A DNA stretch of 64,000 bases from Planctomycetota bacterium (GCA_965223505.1 CBDCWP010000021.1:320001-384000); one strand, 5' to 3'; counted from the first letter of the stretch, positions 30,601 to 41,600 are shown. Program-made: numbers and translations. Notes: generated from the letters alone by a model not told the origin.

Positions 30601-31347
30601 GCGCAGTGTCTTCGGATCGGCGCCGACGCCCGGCTGTGCGAGCAGGTGCGATGCCTCCGATCGAACGGCGGCGGTGCGTCCGTGCAGATAGCCGTCCCGC
30701 GCCAGCGCGAGAACCGCGGCGCCGCGGTCGCCCGTTCGCAGGTGCGAACGAAGTCGATACGCGTGAAGGGACGACTCGCGGTCGGTCGGAAGCTCGCAGC
30801 GCGCCGTCACGGCTTCTGCCGCCTCCGACGCGAAGAGCGATCGCAGCGCCGCGGCGCGCACGCCTGACACGTCGTCGCGCGCCAGCGTTTCGAGCGCGCC
30901 GACCGCATCGATCGTGCGTCCGCGCCCCAGGCCTTCGGCCGCGATCATGCGCAGCACCGGACGGCGCTCCTTCGCCGCGCGAAGGAGCAGCAGGTCGGCC
31001 TCTTCGTGGTCGCTCACCGAGACGATCTGCAACAGGATCGGAAGCGCGCTACGCGGCACGCCGCCCCTGGCGAGTCGCGTCGCGACGGCCTGCAACCCGA
31101 CGTCGTCGAGCAACACGAGCAGCTTGCGCGACCACTCGAAGCCGTCACGAAACGGCGGCGAGCACAGGACGGTGATGGCGCTGTTGGCGAGCGCGCGCTC
31201 CGTCTCCGTCGGGACGACCGCGGCGATGCCTTCGGGAACGGGTCCGTAGGAGACCGCGTCGTCGTCAGCGCGCGCCGGTTGCGCACCGAGCGTGGGCAGC
31301 AGCGCGAGCAGCACGCCCCACAATCCGAGAGCGCGACGCACGATCAC
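27661..31347 (-). CDS. Large secreted HEAT/TPR repeat protein
   Basis: Signal peptide; HEAT-like LRMIAAEGLG/VRAAALRSL repeats; C-terminal TPRs; GTG start at 31347 overlaps the nnrD stop. Confidence 0.75.
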   Translation of the reverse strand: MIVRRALGLWGVLLALLPTLGAQPARADDDAVSYGPVPEGIAAVVPTETERALANSAITVLCSPPFRDGFEWSRKLLVLLDDVGLQAVATRLARGGVPRSALPILLQIVSVSDHEEADLLLLRAAKERRPVLRMIAAEGLGRGRTIDAVGALETLARDDVSGVRAAALRSLFASEAAEAVTARCELPTDRESSLHAYRLRSHLRTGDRGAAVLALARDGYLHGRTAAVRSEASHLLAQPGVGADPKTLRLLILENGSGDFIAGLRRWALGAPQYGYDSVHLRRIAIDAALTLYEHADATDEDRTWALERMVDWIARPVDMDPYLDTAIPEHKLRLRLPDFGAPIIEPVLTRLKAGAFFYPRHGIVLIRELGPELALPVLHELIAPGDAETEAARAKLPFRQRFLRLEASEVLSRWKRVGDEGLARKILASDAPVYLKLDIVNALVGEPASWALPLLRETLHAEAVELRLRAIDVLERRPEPEARAILIEDLFREGTDAYQRADLRLAPVVGEPIDDLGWTLLERALAEPRWPLQRAALAIVADPRRRDVRTERTQALLEAVAPRFDQAREALLIAWVVTDPQRAVRYVREVWEQADHPRSQEAWLRQLKDVRGEAAVNAAVDFALSIAATLDKEPRFLGPVTDVLEGRWRHRGDEITAFWRRLLAPNARKSWLTAVASLDHPGAPDLADLLLPILVLARNGKALADSTENDEVGLAQDVLRALRFQPWDKIESAVVETTLDPLVQIGVRLVAARMLIGRVRPKARSRLAAWLYGTSVQGAPANPAAETPEGWNQDGMLQWLVAGAVGVEGDAAAAKALLGALQSELQTYYGVTANLDPDSAPTKPFVHRAGALAYGVMRTKSKASIEALGALLFLPQMATYATKAADRQRSMLFAGGVGSAARAPAPLPYLEHTAEGLYHVLTPEASRILAQLRTADDETLSDVLGKVLESAHKSSSLALFPDVYLFKIALVLRDERDGARPRAAETVERYIRRLAPVDGIADYASASRRADVFARAGRYTDAVRAQETVVRIIARRNYEEAKYDLRTYARAKLDALRGQVHAADGEDALAEAAFRRAILRAPGDAFVLRTVALLRARVDFNLALAEDAARRAVHLEQRVRDEPRVETLDPLAYVLLKRDRPQEALMLLRRPLLLAPDQHDADPFLHLAQAYAALNRLTPAARALEEALVRAPHLEAEVRADPYFEPLDERGWLDIVVRRAKRRTQGE

Positions 31348-32237
31348 ACGTCTTTCCGCGCGCCCGGACGCACCCGTTCGGCGAGCGCACGCGGGATCGC
31401 GGCGGCGATCTCGGTTGCCAGGACGCCCCGGTCGGTCGTCTGCGCCAACAGGTCCGCGGCGGCGCCGTGAACGTGCACGGCCAGACAGGCCGACGCGAAC
31501 GCGTCCAGTGCGTTCGCCTCCATCTGCGCGATCAGCGCCCCGATGACACCCGCCAACACGTCGCCCGTTCCGCCGCTCGCGAGCACCGGCCCACCGGTAC
31601 GGTTCCGAAACATGCGTGTGCCGTCGGTGACGATGGTTCCGGGGCCCTTCAGGACCGTGACGGCGCCGGAGGCCTGTGCGATCTGAACCGCCGCCGCTTC
31701 GCGATCGGTCTTCACCGCCGCCGACGTGACGCCGAGCAGCCGCGCGGCTTCGCCTTCGTGCGGCGTGAGCACGGTCGGTCCCGGCCGCTCCTTCAGGGCT
31801 TCGAGGCGCTCGTTCCACGCGAAGAGTCCATCCGCATCCACGATCAGCGGACGTTGCGCGTCGTGCGCGAACTCGCGCACGACGCGCAACGTCGTCGCGT
31901 GACGCCCGGCGCCGGGCCCCAGCACGACCGCGTCCCACTGTGCAACCAGCGTGCGCAGCGACTCGAGCGCGGCTTCGCCCAGGCCGCCCTCGGCGTTTTC
32001 CGGCAGCCCTGTCGTGGTGGCCTCCGCCTGGAACCCGGCCACGACGTCCTGAATCGAGCCCGGCACGGCGATCTTCACGAGGCCCGCGCCGGCGCGCAGC
32101 GCACCCAGCGCGGCCATGGCGGGGGCGCCGGCCAGATTGCGGCTGCCGCCAACGACCAGCACGCGGCCGGTCGTGACCTTGTTCGCGTCGTCGGGGCGCG
32201 GAGGAAGGAACGGAGGCTCGTCGAAGGCTTCGACCAC
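31344..32237 (-). CDS. nnrD: ADP-dependent NAD(P)H-hydrate dehydratase
   Basis: NK...GRVLVVGGS, GAGLV, LGPGAG, VDADGL, LTPHEGEAARL, LKGPGT, LASGGTGDVLAG. Confidence 0.92.
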   Translation of the reverse strand: MVEAFDEPPFLPPRPDDANKVTTGRVLVVGGSRNLAGAPAMAALGALRAGAGLVKIAVPGSIQDVVAGFQAEATTTGLPENAEGGLGEAALESLRTLVAQWDAVVLGPGAGRHATTLRVVREFAHDAQRPLIVDADGLFAWNERLEALKERPGPTVLTPHEGEAARLLGVTSAAVKTDREAAAVQIAQASGAVTVLKGPGTIVTDGTRMFRNRTGGPVLASGGTGDVLAGVIGALIAQMEANALDAFASACLAVHVHGAAADLLAQTTDRGVLATEIAAAIPRALAERVRPGARKDV

Positions 32238-32271
32238 GAAGAAATGGTATCCGCGCGGGTCGCGAGCGGGG

Positions 32272-33270
32272 TCAGACGCAGAGCTCGAGCCGCCCGACCT
32301 CCTCCTTGCGGTAGTTGTGAAGCACCGGGAACCCCGTGCGTCTGCCCAGCTCCTCGGCCTCGGCGTCCGTGATGACGCCGCGCCGGCGCAGGAGCTCCGT
32401 GACCAGCAGCTTGTAGCCGCGGTCGTTGCCGCCTTCGATCTTGACCGCCAGCGCGAGCGTGCGGCTCGGGACCACGAGGGCGTGCACGCCCTCCGCGCCG
32501 CCCTTGGCGGCGATGTCGGCGCCGGTCGCATCCATCAGATCGAAGTCGAAGCGACCCGTGCCCGCGACCATGAAGGGGTGCGCGAGCATCGCCTGCGTCA
32601 CGCGCGTTGCGGCGGCGGCCAGGTCGGCCGCAAGCCCGTCCGGACAGCCCGTGCGCAGCACCGACTGCGCGAGGTTGCGAAGCGGCAGGGCGAACGTCGG
32701 CGCGCCGCATCCGTCGACGGCGACCTGGATCTCGCTCGGGTCGAGACCGGCGAACGCCGCGATCTGCGCGTGGATCGCTCGTTGCACGGGATGCAGCGGA
32801 TCGAGATACGTGTCGATCGGCGCGCCCATGTGCTTGGCGGCGGCGAGCATGCCGGCGTGCTTGCCGGAGCAGTTCGACCAGATCGCGCGCGGCTCGTCGC
32901 GTTCGCGCTGCTGCGCGCGCGCGGTGGCCGGATGGATGGACCAGTGCGGACCGCACTGCAGATCGCCGGGCCGAAGGCCCGCCTTTTGGAGAATCGACCG
33001 GACGCACTCGAGGTGACGCGGCTCGGCGTTGTGACTTCCGGCCATGAGCGCGAGCTCGGCGTCGTCGAAGCCGAACGCGTCGGCGGCGCCCGACGTGACG
33101 ACGACGAGCGTCTGCAGCGGCTTGCTGGCGGATCGGTAGAAGGTGTGAAGTTCCGGGTTGCCCGCGACCATCGGCTCCACGCCCTCCTCCAGGAGCACGA
33201 AGGCGCCTCGGTGCAGCGACTCCTGCGCACCGCCGCGCATCACGCGAAGCAGGGGGACGACGTCGGACAT
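32272..33270 (-). CDS. Asparaginase II family (Rhizobium-type L-asparaginase)
   Basis: ESLHRG, RSASKPLQ, GSHNAE, NCSGKHAGML, DGCGAP, AKGGAEGV, KIEGG. Confidence 0.9.
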   Translation of the reverse strand: MSDVVPLLRVMRGGAQESLHRGAFVLLEEGVEPMVAGNPELHTFYRSASKPLQTLVVVTSGAADAFGFDDAELALMAGSHNAEPRHLECVRSILQKAGLRPGDLQCGPHWSIHPATARAQQRERDEPRAIWSNCSGKHAGMLAAAKHMGAPIDTYLDPLHPVQRAIHAQIAAFAGLDPSEIQVAVDGCGAPTFALPLRNLAQSVLRTGCPDGLAADLAAAATRVTQAMLAHPFMVAGTGRFDFDLMDATGADIAAKGGAEGVHALVVPSRTLALAVKIEGGNDRGYKLLVTELLRRRGVITDAEAEELGRRTGFPVLHNYRKEEVGRLELCV

Positions 33271-33350
33271 GGCGCCCAGTGGACCATTCACCCGCCCGCC
33301 CTTGGTAGGATCCGTCGCGCCGCCGTTCGATGGCGTTAGGAGTCCTCGTC

Positions 33351-33753
33351 GTGATCGAGATGAAGCTGAAAAGCATCAAGATCAACGACACCGGCGACCG
33401 GCAGTACATCGGACTGGTCGAGAAGGACGGCGGCCGCGCGTTGACGATCGTCATCGGCTACCTGGAGGTGCAGGCGATCAGCCGTTCGATCAATCAGGTG
33501 AAGCTCGAGCGGGCCGATGACCCACGACCTCACGAGCGCGATCATCGGCGCGACGGGATGCAGGCTCGAGCGCGTCGAGGTCACGGAGCTCAGGGACGGG
33601 ACCTTCTACGCGATGGTTCGGCTGCGCAAGTCCGACGGCGAGGTCGCGGAGATCGACGCGCGGCCGAGCGACGCGATCGCCCTCGCCAGCGCCCTCGGCG
33701 CGCCCATCTTCGTGGCCGAGGACGTCCTGGCCGAAGCGGCCATCGACGAGTAG
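33351..33753 (+). pseudogene. Bifunctional nuclease (DUF151) with one +1 frameshift; likely a sequencing error
   Basis: LTIVIGYLEVQAI...ER / PMTHDL, GTFYA, IDARPSDAIALA; extra G in GGG at 33511-33513. Confidence 0.85.
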
Positions 33754-33839
33754 GGGCCCAGGGCCCTCGTTCCGTCCTTGAGTCGCAGGCCATTCGCATC
33801 GATCTGCGCTAGCATTTCAGGCGATTCGGAGATTTCGCC

Positions 33840-34739
33840 ATGCGCACGTTGATGACCTCTGTTTGTGTGCTCGCCCTCGCCGCCTTCTTCGCCCCGACGG
33901 TGGACGCCGCGCCGGATGGCTGGCATCCCAACCTGGAGAAGGGCCTCGAAGCGGCCAAGAAGAGCGGCAAGCCGCTCCTGGTGGTCACCGGCTGGGCGCC
34001 GAACATATGAGCGCCCTGCGATAACTGGCGTGCCCAGGTTCAAGAAAGCGACGATCTCAAGAAGCTCCTGCACAAGGTCGAGCCGGTCGAGTGGTGCTAC
34101 GACGGCCTCGGCGGTTCGATCATCAAGTGGACGATGGAGGAGGGCGGCAGCCCGAGCGACCACCCGAGCATCCTCGCCTTTCTCGTGCATCGCGACGGCA
34201 CCTCGTACAGCCGGCTCGACGGCGGCAAGCAGTACGCCGCCGGTTCGTTCACAGGCTGGCTCGAAGACACGCTGAAGGCGTATGAGAAGGACCATCCGAG
34301 CACGCGCATGCCGTTCGTGACCGCCGACGTGAAGGTACGCGGCGACGGAACGGAGCGTGAGGCGAGCTGCGCGGCGCTCGACGAGGCGCTCGAAGCCGGC
34401 AAGCCGGTGTTGCTCTACGTCGGCCGCGAGACCTTCGAGGCGAAGGACAAGGCCGCGAAGAAGGAGAACAAGGCGGCGCGCAAATTCGAGAAGACGACGC
34501 TCAACTCGAAGACGGCCGCGAAGGTCACCGAAGGCTGGGTGCTGTTGCGTGTGGACATGGCGAACGAAGTCCATGCCGTGCTGGCGGCCAAGTACGACGT
34601 GAAGGCGGCGCCGACGCTCTTGATGTTCGTGCCGGGCGCCGAGAAGCCGGAAGACCTCAAGAAGGTCAGCGGCAACGCGCTGGCGTACAAGATGAAGAAG
34701 GTCGTCGAGCAGCTGAAGTCGGGCGGCGACGAGGAGTAG
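33840..34739 (+). CDS. Secreted tandem thioredoxin-fold protein with in-frame UGA in a UxxC motif (putative selenoprotein, 299 aa)
   Basis: ATG 33840, signal peptide, WHPNLEKGLEAAKKSGKPLLVVTGWAPNI-TGA(34008-34010)-APC; reads in frame into ORF 34134-34739. Confidence 0.85.
34023..34040 (+). promoter_or_regulatory. Candidate bacterial SECIS hairpin
   Basis: AAC-TGG-[CGTGC]-CCA-g-GTT stem-loop; the loop begins 18 nt after the UGA and has G at loop position 2. Confidence 0.55.
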
Positions 34740-34745
34740 CGCCGT

Positions 34746-35111
34746 CTACGTCTTCTCGAAGGCCTTGCGGGCGTCAGCCGCGGTCTCGACGATCTTGAAG
34801 TGATCGTCGAGCTTGGTGAGACGCAGCACCTCGCCAACGCCGCGCGGCACGGCGGCCAGGATCACGCCGCCGTCCTTGGTCTGCGCCTGGCGGTCGACGT
34901 CGATGAGGACGCTGAGCATCTGCGACGAGACCTGCGTCAGCGCGCCCATGTCGATGATGAGCTTGGGCCGGTCGGCCTGGTCGCACACGTCTTCCAGGAC
35001 GCTCCGGACGGACTCGATGACGGGCGCGTCTGCCAACCAGCCGACGGTGAATTCGGCGGTGTGGATGTCCTCGCCATGGTGCGCGACGACGACCGGCGGC
35101 TGCTCGCCCAT
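34746..35111 (-). CDS. STAS domain protein (anti-sigma factor antagonist)
   Basis: LIIDMGALTQVSSQMLSVLI, GEVLRLTKLD..F.I. Confidence 0.88.
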   Translation of the reverse strand: MGEQPPVVVAHHGEDIHTAEFTVGWLADAPVIESVRSVLEDVCDQADRPKLIIDMGALTQVSSQMLSVLIDVDRQAQTKDGGVILAAVPRGVGEVLRLTKLDDHFKIVETAADARKAFEKT

Positions 35112-35187
35112 TGCGTTCTCTCCGAGGGAAGTCGGAGATGATACGCGAACGATTGCCGAGCGCCGAACCGCGCGTTCCAGCCCTGCG

Positions 35188-35688
35188 CTAGGGTTTGCGC
35201 TTCAGGTCGAAGGTCTGAACCTTGTCGCTGCCGCCGTGCGGATCGGAGAGCGTGACCACGAGGTTGTCGTCCGCCTTGCGATGGAAGACGATGCGCGTGG
35301 GGAAGTCCTTCTTCGGGTTGTCGAACGTGGCCTGCTTCTCCCCCGGCTTGCACTCGGCGAGGGTGAAGCCGCCGGCCTTCTTCCCGCCCGGGTAGGGCTG
35401 GTAGTGGAACGTGTCGCCCCGCACCTCGAAGACCTCGAACTCGAAGAAAGCCGTCTTGCCGTCCTTGAGCAGCCTGCTGTGGCTGAGGATCTTGCCGCCT
35501 TCAGGCGTGCTGTAGTACGCCTCGAAGGTGCCGCCCCACATGGCGCCCTGCCACGTACCCGCAAGCCAGGTCATCGACGCCAACGCGTCGGCGGCCTTCA
35601 GCGGCTTGGGTTCGTCTTCGGTTCTCGCGTTGGATGCGAGGAGCGTGATCGAGAGGAGCACGAGCAGAGTTGCGGCGAAACGTCGCAT
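35188..35688 (-). CDS. Secreted DUF6265-like protein
   Basis: Signal peptide; WLAGTWQG, FFEFE, FDNPKKDFPTRIVF; GGAGG RBS. Confidence 0.75.
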   Translation of the reverse strand: MRRFAATLLVLLSITLLASNARTEDEPKPLKAADALASMTWLAGTWQGAMWGGTFEAYYSTPEGGKILSHSRLLKDGKTAFFEFEVFEVRGDTFHYQPYPGGKKAGGFTLAECKPGEKQATFDNPKKDFPTRIVFHRKADDNLVVTLSDPHGGSDKVQTFDLKRKP

Positions 35689-35731
35689 GAGAGGACCTCC
35701 GAGGGAGGCGCCAAGGTATCGCCGTCGGTGC

Positions 35732-36538
35732 TCAAGGATTGGAAGGATGCGACACGCCCGTGGCGAAGGCATCGGCGAAACCGGGCTGCTCCGCGACATA
35801 GCGGGCGGGCGTCGTGCCGGCGATGAGCCGGAAGTCGCGAATGAGGTGGGACTGGTCGAAGTAGCCCGCGCCGGCGGCGAGGCCGGCCCAGCCTTCGGCG
35901 GGCAAGCCGTCGTCGAGGACCGAGATGACCCGCTGGAGTCGGCAGATGCGCGCGAAGTGACGCGGCGCGAGACCGACCTCGCGGCGGAACCGGCGCTCGA
36001 GGGTGCGGCGGCCGACGGACAGGGACGCGGCGAGATCGAACACGGTCGTCGCGTCCTTGGCGAGCCGTCGTGCGGCCTCCGCGATCAGGCCGTCCGAACG
36101 AAGCGGACGCGCGTCGAGGAGCGCTCGTTCGATTCGCCGGATGCGCTCGTACGGGTCGGGCGCCTCGTTCGCTCGTCGAAGCCGGGTGTACAGCCCCGGT
36201 CGTACCTGGCGCAGGCACACGTCGAGATCGGTGAGCTCGTGCATGGGCGTGCCGAGCACGAGATGGAGTCCTGCGGGTTCGAAGCGAATGCCCAGCAGGT
36301 CGATGCCGCCGGTGGGGGCGATCTCGATGGCGCCGCTCAGCTGTCCGACGAGCAGTACGCGGGCTTGCGTGCGTTCGTCGCGGCGAAAGCGGTCGGCGCG
36401 GTTGAGCACGATCTCGGTGCAGCCGTCGGGCACGACGCGATCGGGCGTGTTCGGCGGTGCGTCGTGATCGAGGAGGTGCCAGAAGCAGCGAACGATCTGT
36501 CGCAGCTCGGCGCGGGGGATGACCTCGCGGTAGTGCAC
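35732..36538 (-). CDS. AraC family transcriptional regulator (DUF6597-like N-terminus)
   Basis: VVPDGCTEIV, GIRFEPAG, RTLERRF..VGLAP, GYFDQSHLIRDF. Confidence 0.9.
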   Translation of the reverse strand: MHYREVIPRAELRQIVRCFWHLLDHDAPPNTPDRVVPDGCTEIVLNRADRFRRDERTQARVLLVGQLSGAIEIAPTGGIDLLGIRFEPAGLHLVLGTPMHELTDLDVCLRQVRPGLYTRLRRANEAPDPYERIRRIERALLDARPLRSDGLIAEAARRLAKDATTVFDLAASLSVGRRTLERRFRREVGLAPRHFARICRLQRVISVLDDGLPAEGWAGLAAGAGYFDQSHLIRDFRLIAGTTPARYVAEQPGFADAFATGVSHPSNP

Positions 36539-36570
36539 CGCGGAAGTCTACGCCAAGCGGCGAGCACGCA

Positions 36571-38667
36571 TCAGCGCGCGTCTCGCTCGGCGCGGGCCGC
36601 CTCGATCTCGGAGAGCGCGGCCTTGGCGACCTCGTGCCGGGGGTCGAGCTCGAGCGCCCGCTCGAGTGCCTTCTCCGCATCGACGTACTCGCCGGCTTCC
36701 TTGTACTGGCGCGCCAGGCGGATCCACGGAGCCGCGGTGTCGTGTCGGACGGACACCGCCGCGAACGCATGTCGCGTGGCACGCCGGTCTTCGACCGCCG
36801 CGAGGGCGCGGGCGAGCCGCAGGTTGATCCAGTAGTCGTTCGGATGCCGTTTCTGCCACTCCTGGAGGAAGGACACGGCTTCCTCCTCGCGCCCCATCCG
36901 TTCCAGGCGCAGGCCGACCTCGCTCACGAGGACGAGCGGCAGCGCGTCGCCCTGCGCGCGGGCCACCGCCAGCAGCTCGTCGTCGTCGGCGGTCGTGAGC
37001 GCCGCGCGCGCCTCGGCGCTGGACGCGTCCAGCTCGCAAGCGACCTCGTAGAGCGCTCGCCAACCCAAGCTCTCCAGTTCGTCGGAGTCCTTGCGCAGCA
37101 TGCTCCAGAATCCGATGCTCGCCGCGAAGCTCTTGGAGACGTCGGAGTTCGCCATCCGGTCGCGGCTCTTCGCAACCGAGCCGAAGCGGCGTGCAAAGAC
37201 CTCCGAGAACGCCGCGTCCACCGCCCGGTCTTCTTCCTCCCGCGAGAGGTCTTCGCCGGGCCGACCGCCGCGATAGAGCGAGCGGATCTCCTCGAGCTCC
37301 GCGAGGAACGCCTGGTCGTCTTCTTGCACGCGAAGTGCGTCCATCGCCGCGTCGGCCTCGGCCCGGAGGTCCTTGTAGGCGAACGGGTCGCCGCCGAGGC
37401 CCTGGGCGTGCTTCGCCGCTTCGAGCGCCTCGGTCCACTTGCCGGCCGCGCCGAGCCGGGCCGCCTTGTCGAGCGCGGCCTCGATCGCGGCCCGCCGGTC
37501 GCTCTCGCGTGCGCTCCGATCGGCGTCCATCCAGAGCAGGACGCCGCCGCCGATCAGGAACACCGTGAGCACGACGGTCGCGATCAACGCCGTCTGCCGG
37601 CGCGATCGCCGCTGCTCCTCGGCCCGGCCGCGTGCCATGAGCGCACGCTTTTGGGCGCGGTGCGCGCGTCCGGAGCTCGACGTCAGCGTGGTGGCCACCT
37701 CGTCCGCGAGGATCTGCGCGCTGCGCGGCCGATCCTTGGGAAGCGGTTCGAGGCATGCGAGGCAGAGCTTCACGAGCTGCTCGTTGCCCTTGCAGGCGCG
37801 CAGGCGCTTGTGGGCGCCCTCGAGCTTGGCGTGCTTGGCCGCCTGGCGGCGCTGGTCGGCCGTTCCCGTGTAGGGCGGCGCGCCGGTGAGGATCTCACAG
37901 AGGATGGCGCCGAGGCTGAAGATGTCGCTGCGCTCGTCGAGCGTCTCGATGTGTCCGATGGCCTGTTCGGGCGGCATGTATCCGGGCGTGCCGAGCGCCG
38001 ACCCGGCGACGGAGTCGGATCCGTCCCCCCCCGAGCCCACGGTCGAGATCATGGTGAGGTCGACCGAAGCGCGCATCGCGAGCCGCTCGTCGGCGACACC
38101 GCCCTTCGGCATCACACGGGCGAAGCCCCAGTCGACGACTTTGACGACGCCGTAGTCGCCGAGCATCACGTTGGCGGGCTTCAAGTCGCGGTGGACGACA
38201 CCGCGCACGTGCGCGTACGTCATCGTCCGGCAGACCTCCCGAAACGCCGAGAGCAACGCGCGCTGGTCTTCGTTGACGTTGGAGCGTTGCGCGAGTCGGG
38301 CTGCGAGCGTGTCGCCCTTGACGAGATTCATGGCGAAGAACGGCCGGCCGTCGGCTCGAAGCCCGAGCTCGTACACGGGGACGATGCCCGGATGCTGGAG
38401 CTGTCCCCCGATCTGCGCTTCCTCGATGAAGCGCTGGACCATCTCGGGTGTTTTCGTGTGTTCCTCGAGCAGCACCTTCAACGCCACCTCGCGGCCGAGG
38501 TCGTTGTCGCGGCCCCGGTACACGACGCCGACGGCGCCACGGGCAAGCGGGCCGATGAGCTCGTAGCGCTCCTCGTTGCCACCCGGTCGCCGCGCGCCCT
38601 CGAGGTCGATGCGCGGCGCGTTCTTCCCCATGTCTTCGAGACGGCTGAAGATGCTCTTGTCGCTCAC
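36571..38667 (-). CDS. Membrane Ser/Thr protein kinase with TPR repeats
   Basis: [45 protein letters not shown] helix, TPRs; GTG start overlaps upstream stop. Confidence 0.92.
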   Translation of the reverse strand: MSDKSIFSRLEDMGKNAPRIDLEGARRPGGNEERYELIGPLARGAVGVVYRGRDNDLGREVALKVLLEEHTKTPEMVQRFIEEAQIGGQLQHPGIVPVYELGLRADGRPFFAMNLVKGDTLAARLAQRSNVNEDQRALLSAFREVCRTMTYAHVRGVVHRDLKPANVMLGDYGVVKVVDWGFARVMPKGGVADERLAMRASVDLTMISTVGSGGDGSDSVAGSALGTPGYMPPEQAIGHIETLDERSDIFSLGAILCEILTGAPPYTGTADQRRQAAKHAKLEGAHKRLRACKGNEQLVKLCLACLEPLPKDRPRSAQILADEVATTLTSSSGRAHRAQKRALMARGRAEEQRRSRRQTALIATVVLTVFLIGGGVLLWMDADRSARESDRRAAIEAALDKAARLGAAGKWTEALEAAKHAQGLGGDPFAYKDLRAEADAAMDALRVQEDDQAFLAELEEIRSLYRGGRPGEDLSREEEDRAVDAAFSEVFARRFGSVAKSRDRMANSDVSKSFAASIGFWSMLRKDSDELESLGWRALYEVACELDASSAEARAALTTADDDELLAVARAQGDALPLVLVSEVGLRLERMGREEEAVSFLQEWQKRHPNDYWINLRLARALAAVEDRRATRHAFAAVSVRHDTAAPWIRLARQYKEAGEYVDAEKALERALELDPRHEVAKAALSEIEAARAERDAR

Positions 38668-41600
38668 CGCTTGCCCTTCTGCACGAGGCGAATGAGCTCG
38701 TCGACGTCCGACCAGTACTGCTTCCACTCGTCGGGCCGATCGAGCGCGTCGCGGACGACCTTGAGATCCGGGTCACGCTGGGAGTGGGGGAGCCGCATCC
38801 GCAGGAAGTCCGGATCGCTCTCGACGAGCTTGCGACAGAGCTCGAGGTCGGCGCGCAGCCACGCCAGCGCTTGCGCGTGATGCTCCTTCCCTGCCAGCAC
38901 CGCCGAGCAGGCTGCGTTGTACAAGCGGTTCGTCTTCACGTCGGCGGCGACGTCGGCATCGGACGCGAACGCTTCCGCATACAGACGCGTCGAACCCGCG
39001 TAGTCTTTCTTGTGCCGTGCGACCTCGGCGAACGCGACCTTCTCCTCCGCGTCGGCCGGCTTCTTCTTGCCGGCAAGCACGTCGGGCAGCGCTTTGGCGA
39101 GCTCGATCGACTTCTTGACATTCTCGAGCGCGGCGGCGTAGTTCGGAAGCTCGTCGACGATCTTCGACAGCTCCTCAGCCGACTCATCGAACAGCCCCTC
39201 GTGCCACAGTTGGATGCCGAGCCGGCCTCGCGCGATGGGATCATCGGGCGAGAGCTCCACCGCCTTGCGGTGCATCGCGAGCGACTCCTTCGAGGCGCCC
39301 ATCTCGGCCAGCAGGAGACCGAGCCGGGACCATGCCGGCACGAAGTTGACGTTGATGTTCAGGCAGTCGCGGAACGCCTTCTCGGCTTCCTCCCGATCCC
39401 CCGCGCCGGCATGGGCGATACCGAGCAGGTGGTACGATCGAAACGATCGTGAGTTGCCCTTGAGGCTCTCCTCGAGCACCTCCACCGCCTGGTCGAAGTT
39501 CGACTGCCGGTTCAGCACGTCCCCGAGCACCATCGCTACGTACCAGTGCTGCTCGCCCAGCGAGCGCGACCGCTCGATCTCTCTCCGGGCCTTGTCGAGC
39601 TCGTTCTTCTCCAGATGCGCGATGCCCAAGAGCGCGTGGGCCCGCGCGTGCGTGTCATCGAGCGCGACGACCTTCGTGAACCACTCGATCGCGCCGTCGG
39701 GGTCCGCCGTCTGCAACGCCATCCGGCCGACGCCGAGCGTTGCTTCCAAGTGCTCGGGATCCGCCTTTGCGGCAGCCTCGAATTCCCTTCGCGCGGCCTT
39801 GCGGTCCCCGAGCGTCTCGTAGAGCTGAGCGAGGGCCAGGGGGTGCCGCACCTTCGCGTCCGGCTCGCGGTCGACGTTGACGAATCGGCGGTGGGCGGCG
39901 ATCGCGTCGGTGCGATCGCCACGCAACGCGTGGATCCGCGCCAGCTCGCGGAACGTCGCGGCGAGCGTCGGTGCGCGTCGGGTGCCTTCCCGCGCGGCCT
40001 CCAGCGCGCCCTCGAGGTTGTTCTGTCGGGAACGCGCCCTGGCCAGGTAGACGTAGTTCCACCCGTTCGTCGGATCGAGCTCCACGCCCTCCTCCGCTTC
40101 GGTCTCGGCGCGGGACGGGTCGCCGGACGCGAGCAGCGTGTCGGCCAGCCGGGCGCGGGCCTCGGCGTTGCGCGGCGCGAACTCCACGGCGCTGCGCGCG
40201 GCGTCGAGCGCAGCGGTGACGTTGCCCCGGTCGAGGTGGATCCGGCTCAGATGCACGTAGGGCGCGGCGATCGTCGGAGCGAGCTCGATGGCGTTGTCGT
40301 ACGCGTCGATCGCCTCGTCGAGCCGCTCCTTCATCTGGAACGCGTAGCCGAGGGTGACGTAGGCGCCGTGCTGGTGCTTGTCCATCCGGATCGCTTGTCG
40401 GGTGACCTCGATGGCCTTGTCGTAGTCCTCGAGCTCGATGTAGCAGCGCCCGATCTCGGCGTGCGCGAGCGCGGAGTCCTTGCCCCGCTCTCGGGCCTCT
40501 CGGATCGCCGCACGGGCCTCGTCGGGATCGTTGTTGCGTGCGTACGACAGCGCGAGGCCGACGTTCGCCGACCACGAGTCCGTGGAATGTGTGAGCGCCT
40601 GCTTGAACGCGTCGATCGCGCGATCGTCGTCACCGAGGTGTTCCGAGAGGATCACACCGCGGCGCACCAGGAAACCCTCGTCGTCGGGTTGGACCTTCAG
40701 GGCCGCCTCGATGGTGGCGAGCGCGGCCTTCGGGTTGTGCGCGTGAAGCTGCGCGTCCGCGAGTCGGTTGTAGGCGTCGATGTAACCCGGCGTGAGCTTT
40801 ACGACGCGGCCGAACGCGTGCGCGGCGTCTTCGAACTCGCCGGCGCTGGCGAGGCACAGGCCGAGGTTGTACCAACCGACGTCCACCTCGGGCCGCAGAG
40901 CGACCGCGGCGTTCGCGTGCCGGATCGCCAGCTCCAGCTGCGCCAGTGCTGCGTCGACCTCGTCTGGGTCGTCCTCGGCGATGGCCAGCTCGCGCGCGGC
41001 CAACGCAATCCGGATGTGGATCATGATCTCGTCCGGATGCCTGCGATTCCACGGCAGCAGGAAGTCGATCGCATCCTGTGGGCGGCCGAGGTCGATGAGG
41101 TTCATGGCGACCTGCGAAACCAGCGCGAGCGGGAGCATGTCGCCGCGCGCCTCCACGGCTTCGAGCAGCGCGTCGCCGTCCTCGGTGACGAGGGCGTCCC
41201 GGATCTCGATGCTCGCCGGATCGATTTCCCGGGCCAGCGTGTCGAGCGAGCGCCAGTCGGATCCTTCGAGGGCCGGCATCGTCTTCCGCAGCCAGCACCA
41301 GTAGCCGATGTTGGCGGCGAACTCGGGCGCGTGCCGCGATGCGCGCAGTCGCTCCTGGCCGCCCCCGATCGAGCCGAAGCGACTCTCGAACGCGGTGGCG
41401 TAGGCGGCATCCATCGCCTTGTGGCGGTCGCCGGGCCGATCCCATGTCTCGGGCGCCATGGCGACCAGCCCCGTCCCGCCGCCGGCGCCGGTGACGGTCT
41501 TCGTGCTGCCCGGCGCGAGGTTGCGGATGGCGACCAGCTCCGCCAGGAGCGCGTCGTCCTGCTCGCGAATGGCGAGCTGCTTCGCGTGCTCGGCCTGCTC

